A stretch of 35,853 nt of DNA from Thraustochytrium aureum (Eukaryota), in NCBI GenBank assembly GCA_012862495.1, contig BLSG01000146.1, forward strand, positions 50,081 through 85,933, written 5' to 3'. Under the pieces are notes generated by a model that was given only the letters and a program-made list of their open reading frames with translations, was not told the origin of the DNA and ran no database searches. This document shows, piece after piece, positions 31,270 to 35,853 of this stretch. The position numbers and the translations under genes are program-made. Position 1 is the stretch's first letter; every line of letters starts with the position of its first letter.

Positions 31270-32614
31270 ATGATGATGCGCGCGGCGTCTAGCGGGCGCG
31301 GCGCCGTGCGGGGGCCAGGCGCGGTGCATGAGCCTGTACGCGGGCGTGCCCCAAGGTGAGTGGCTCGATGTCGGACGGACGGACGGACGGGTGGGCGGTT
31401 GGACGGAGTGCTGACGGCGGGGCGGAGCGCAGGGCCCGCGGACCCGATTCTTGGTCTGAATGAGATGTTCAACAAGGACGATGATCCCAAGAAGATCAAA
31501 CCTCGGCGTGGGCGCGTACCGTGACGATGGCGGCAAGCCCTGGGTGCTGCCGAGCGTCCGGGCCGCAGAGCTCAAGATCATGGAGGCCAAGATGAACAAG
31601 GAGTACCTTGGCATCGCCGGGCTCCCCGGGTTTGTCAAGCTCGCGCTGCAGTTCGCGTACGGCGAGGGCTCGAAGGAGCTGAGCGAGGGCCGCGTAGCCG
31701 GCGTGCAGACCCTGAGCGGGACTGGCGCCTGCCGGCTTGCGGGCGAGTTTTTCAAGCGCTTTGGGCTCTCGGCGGGGGACACGATCTACCAGCCCAACCC
31801 GACGTGGGGCAACCACATCCCGATCTTCAAGGATGCTGGCATGCAGGTCAAGCAGTACGCCTATTATGACAAGAAGAACATTGGGCTGGACTTTGAAGGC
31901 ATGATCCGCGATGTCAAGGAGGCTCCGAACGGGTCCGCCTTCCTCCTGCACGCTTGCGCGCACAACCCTACGGGCGTGGATCCTTCGGAGGAGCAGTGGA
32001 AGGAGCTCTCGCACGAGATGAAGCAGAAGGGGCACCTCGCCTTTTTCGACTCGGCATACCAAGGCTTTGCCAGCGGCGACGCAGAGCGCGACGCCTTCTC
32101 AATCCGCCAGTTTGTCAAGGATGGCCACCTGGTGTGCCTGTCGCAGTCCTTTGCCAAGAACTTTGGCCTCTACGGGTGCCGCGTGGGCACCTTTTCGGTG
32201 GTTTGCGCCGACAAGGAGGAGGCCGCGCGCGTCGAGTCCCAGCTCAAGATTATCATCCGGCCCATGTACTCAAACCCGCCCGCCGATGGGGCGCGCATCG
32301 TGCAGACCATTCTGGAGGACGCAACGCTCAAGCCGCAGTGGTACGCCGAGTGCAAGTCCATGGCGGACCGCATCATGGCGATGCGAATGTTGCTCAAGAG
32401 CAACCTGGAGAAGGCCGGCTCGACTCGCAACTGGGACCACGTCACGACGCAGATTGGCATGTTTTGCTACAGCGGCATCACGACCGAGCAGGTGGACCGG
32501 ATGCGCACAGAGAAGCACATCTACATGACCAAGGACGGCCGCATCTCGATGGCGGGTGTCACCAGCGCCAACGTCGAGTACCTCGCTCAGGCGCTGCACG
32601 AGGTCACCAAGTGA
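31270..32614 (+). CDS. GOT2: Mitochondrial-type aspartate aminotransferase; one intron, apparent +1 indels
   Basis: MSLYAGVPQ|GPADPILGL...KKI(N)LGVGAYRDDGGKPWVLPSVRAAE, QTLSGTGA, PTWGNH, LLHACAHNPTGVDP, FFDSAYQGFASG, PLP-lysine motif QSFAKNFGLYG, YSNPP, QIGMFCYSG and GRISMAG. Extra A at about 31499. The presequence from ATG 31270 needs one base removed; otherwise the start is 31328. Confidence 0.95.
31356..31432 (+). other. Spliceosomal intron of GOT2 (77 bp, phase 1), contains (GGAC)n
   Basis: GTGAGT...GCTGAC...GCGCAG. Splicing restores the conserved VPQGPADPILG. Confidence 0.9.
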
Positions 32615-33062
32615 ACCGTCGTTGCCTGTAGCCGTGACCCTGCGGCGGCGAGGGCCGGCGCGCTGGGTGGGGTTTCGCTCTGCGATTCTCTGCCGAAGCT
32701 CGCTTGCAAGACAACAACAACCTAAACCAACTGCGCAACCTACTCTCATTCTTGCGTCTGTGTCGAAAGGTAGAGAGTAGCTGGTGCTCGGTAGGGAATA
32801 ATCGCTCAGANNNNNNNNNNNNNNNNNNNNNNNNNNNNNNNNNNNNNNNNNNNNNNNNNNNNNNNNNNNNNNNNNNNNNNNNNNNNNNNNNNNNNNNNNN
32901 NNNNNNNNNNNNNNNNNNNNNNNNNNNNNNNNNNNNNNNNNNNNNNNNNNNNNNNNNNNNNNNNNNNNNNNNNNNNNNNNNNNNNNNNNNNNNNNNNNNN
33001 NNNNNNNNNNNNNNNNNNNNNNNNNNNNNNNNNNNNNNNNNNNNNNNNNNNNNNNNNNNNNN

Positions 33063-33836
33063 CGGCCGCGTCTTCCTGCGCTGCCCGCACGGCGCTCGCA
33101 ACCGCTTGCACAAAGACCGCGACTTGCTCACGGTCGCTAATGGCATGGTCGGCGCCAGCGAGGGCGAGCAGGGTCGAGCCGGGGATCGCGGCGCTCAGGC
33201 GGGACGCCAGCGCGGGATAGACGCCCTCCGGCACATACTCGTCCTCAAGCGAGACGCAGACCAACGCGCGATAGGCGGCGAGGTGGCCGAGCTTGCAAGC
33301 GAGCTGCTGGTCGTCGAGGTCGCTGCTGAACATGTCGTCCGCGCCGTCCGGCGCAAAGAGGTCCAAGCAACGCTGCGGAAAAATTGGCGCCTCGCCGATT
33401 GTGTGGACGACTGCATTCGCGTGTCCGCTCGCCAACTCGGCGCGCGCCTTGTCGAGCAGCTCAGCGATACGCGCCGTTTCAAGCTCGACTCCAAGCGCCT
33501 CCCGGTCCGAAACAGGGCCCTGCAGAACAACAAGCCGCACCACCTCCTTGATCCACGTTGGCACGGCGGGGCTTGCCAGCAGGCTGGCGATTATTTGGCA
33601 CCCTGTCGAGTGGCCGACGAGGCAAGCGGACTGCAGCGAGCGACTCGCGCGCAGGTGCTCGAGGAGCGCGCAAACGTCCTCGACGTCGCGGCTCAGCGTC
33701 CCCGTTCCAAACTGGTTGAACGAGGAGCGCAGCAACGGCTGCACCAACGCCGTCCCGAGCTCCTCGAGGGCGCCGCTCAGCGGGGCCACCCAGGGGCACG
33801 CCAGGAGGCCGTCAGTGAGCCCTGCCAACACGACCA
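33063..33836 (-). CDS. DUF1749/UPF0613-like alpha/beta hydrolase; both ends in gaps
   Basis: VLAGLTDGLL, LVQPLLRSSFNQFGTGTLSRDVED, nucleophile elbow LVGHSTGCQ, LQGPVSDRE, DDMFSSDL, DEYVP and GADHAI. Confidence 0.88.
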
Positions 33837-34650
33837 NNNNNNNNNNNNNNNNNNNNNNNNNNNNNNNNNNNNNNNNNNNNNNNNNNNNNNNNNNNNNNNN
33901 NNNNNNNNNNNNNNNNNNNNNNNNNNNNNNNNNNNNNNNNNNNNNNNNNNNNNNNNNNNNNNNNNNNNNNNNNNNNNNNNNNNNNNNNNNNNNNNNNNNN
34001 NNNNNNNNNNNNNNNNNNNNNNNNNNNNNNNNNNNNNNNNNNNNNNNNNNNNNNNNNNNNNNNNNNNNNNNNNNNNNNNNNNNNNNNNNNNNNNNNNNNN
34101 NNNNNNNNNNNNNNNNNNNNNNNNNNNNNNNNNNNNNNNNNNNNNNNNNNNNNNNNNNNNNNNNNNNNNNNNNNNNNNNNNNNNNNNNNNNNNNNNNNNN
34201 NNNNNNNNNNNNNNNNNNNNNNNNNNNNNNNNNNNNNNNNNNNNNNNNNNNNNNNNNNNNNNNNNNNNNNNNNNNNNNNNNNNNNNNNNNNNNNNNNNNN
34301 NNNNNNNNNNNNNNNNNNNNNNNNNNNNNNNNNNNNNNNNNNNNNNNNNNNNNNNNNNNNNNNNNNNNNNNNNNNNNNNNNNNNNNNNNNNNNNNNNNNN
34401 NNNNNNNNNNNNNNNNNNNNNNNNNNNNNNNNNNNNNNNNNNNNNNNNNNNNNNNNNNNNNNNNNNNNNNNNNNNNNNNNNNNNNNNNNNNNNNNNNNNN
34501 NNNNNNNNNNNNNNNNNNNNNNNNNNNNNNNNNNNNNNNNNNNNNNCCTCTGCTCGTTCTGTTCCGGTTGCTCGTCAGATGTTCGCAGAAAAGAAGGAAG
34601 GAAGGTCCTTCGAGAGAGCCCCACTCGCGCAGGCACCAAACCAACGAACG

Positions 34651-34910
34651 CAGTCAGTCAGTCAGCCAGTCATCAGCCAGTCAGTCAGTCAGCCTCGCAG
34701 ACGCACAGCGCAGACACGCAGGCCCGCGCAGACAGCCAACGCAGGCCCGCGCAGCGCAGACACGCTGCCGCGCAGACTCCAAACGCAGGCCCACGCAGGC
34801 TGACCCCAACGCTCGACGCAGGCCAGCGCAGACAGCCAACGCAGACAGCCAACGCAGACAGCCAGCGCAGACAGCCAACGCAGACAGCCAGCGCAGACAG
34901 CCAACGCAGG
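34651..34910. repeat. Repeat block: (CAGT)n followed by 13-bp minisatellite CGCAGACAGCCA(A/G)
   Basis: CAGT runs at 34651-34692. Six tandem 13-mers at 34827-34904, with degenerate CGCAGAC/CGCAGGC copies from about 34696. Confidence 0.9.
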
Positions 34911-35192
34911 CTGGCCCACGAAGGCCCACGTGGGCAGGCAGGCAGAGCCCAAGCGCGGAAGGGAGACCCCGCTCCACACGCACGCACGCAGGCAACAAAG
35001 CAAGCAGGACGAGAGCCAGACAAGCCCCAACACTGGCCGGCAGACCCCAAGCAAGGCTGGCAGAGCGACGGAAGGCATCGCAAGCGGTCCTGGCTGGGCT
35101 GAGCGAGTGGCGGACCCATCGCTTGCGGCACGCCACGCAGCAAGCAGGCAGGCACGTGAGGACTCGAAGCGGTACTGCTAATCTGGCGGAGG

Positions 35193-35853
35193 ATGTGGGA
35201 CGGGGCGTACAAGAGCTCCAGGCAGGTCTCTCTCCGGGGCAAGTCGGCCAAACAGGCGGACAGGGACGATGTGAAAGAAAAGGTCAAAGCGGAGAGGGAA
35301 CGCAGGGCAAGGGAAAGGAGGGAGAAAGCCGCAATGGAACTTTTGCAGCGATTCGGGCGCAGCGCGGTCGAGCGCAGCAGGAGCAAACGCAAGGCTTTGG
35401 AGGACCTCGGCAAAATGGTCAAGGACGTGCACACCGTCGTCGGAATCTCGGCCTCTGCCGGAAGGGAGTTTGTCCTGCCCGCCAAATCTGCGGCGCAGCT
35501 GGCGAGCATGCTCTGCTTCGCGTTCGACGAACGAGCACAGGGGCTTGAGTTTTACGAATTGGCGCAGCTGTGCGAACTCGTGGCGGGCACGATCAGAGGG
35601 CCCGAGTACGAAGTGCTTCTGTTCCACCAAACAGGACGGTTCGCGTTTCGCCCGGCAGCATTTGCTGGCGTTGTCTCCAGGCTGGTCGTCACTCTCGCCG
35701 AGGACGCGAAAACGTCCAAACGCGACCAGTCCGCCATGCGGTCGTTCTGCCTGGTTCTGTCGGCCTTGTGCGACAGCGCAGAGTGGGGGACTTTAGGCGC
35801 ACCGCACGACCGAGAGCGTGGGTTGCGGAACGATGCGCTCGCTCAGCGCATTC
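35193..35853 (+). CDS. N-terminus of a UBE3B/UBE3C (UPL6/7)-like HECT E3 ubiquitin ligase; 3'-partial
   Basis: Manual translation from ATG 35193 is open to the window end: MWDGAYKSSRQVSLRGKSAKQADRDDVKEKVKAERERRARERREKAAMELLQRFGRSAVER. This matches the pattern of the UBE3C N-terminus (VSL-G-S, charged helix, IQ-like motif). The HECT domain itself is not in the window. Confidence 0.7.
   Translation, partial: MWDGAYKSSRQVSLRGKSAKQADRDDVKEKVKAERERRARERREKAAMELLQRFGRSAVERSRSKRKALEDLGKMVKDVHTVVGISASAGREFVLPAKSAAQLASMLCFAFDERAQGLEFYELAQLCELVAGTIRGPEYEVLLFHQTGRFAFRPAAFAGVVSRLVVTLAEDAKTSKRDQSAMRSFCLVLSALCDSAEWGTLGAPHDRERGLRNDALAQRI

Noticed and set aside
19247..32614. Frameshifted genes as pseudogenes
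   Set aside because: Active-site residues and codon bias are intact and there are no independent nonsense substitutions. The lesions are only single-base homopolymer indels.
32704..35548. Very long ORFs spanning N runs (also 18122-19861, 6679-7992 and the 4981 start of the F-box ORF)
   Set aside because: They are artefacts of translating through assembly gaps.
1..35853. Functional gene cluster (for example a ubiquitin or metabolic operon-like system)
   Set aside because: The genes have unrelated functions and mixed orientation. Nothing in the sequence supports co-function beyond ordinary gene-dense packing.

Overview
GC-rich, gene-dense eukaryotic nuclear DNA with short GT-AG introns, CTGAC branch points and 11 N-gaps. 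It is plausibly from a stramenopile protist, but that is inference only. Fourteen protein-coding genes are supported, in order: a membrane-anchored TLDc protein, an F-box/TMEM185-like polytopic protein, an NSS/SLC6 transporter, an ACAD8-like acyl-CoA dehydrogenase, a polyQ protein, a myristoylated EF-hand protein, a bZIP factor with a START-like C-terminus, a DIS3L2-like RNase II-family exonuclease, a GT61 glycosyltransferase, a divergent multi-exon myosin, a Cys-type Rdx (SelW-like) protein, mitochondrial aspartate aminotransferase, a DUF1749 hydrolase, and the 5' end of a UBE3B/C-like HECT ligase that the ORF track missed. About ten single-base frameshifts break otherwise intact genes and are most likely indel sequencing errors. 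No CRISPR array, rRNA or clear transposase was found. The most unusual items are the F-box-TMEM185 fusion, the membrane-anchored TLDc protein and the divergent myosin. All family calls come from motif recognition, not database searches.
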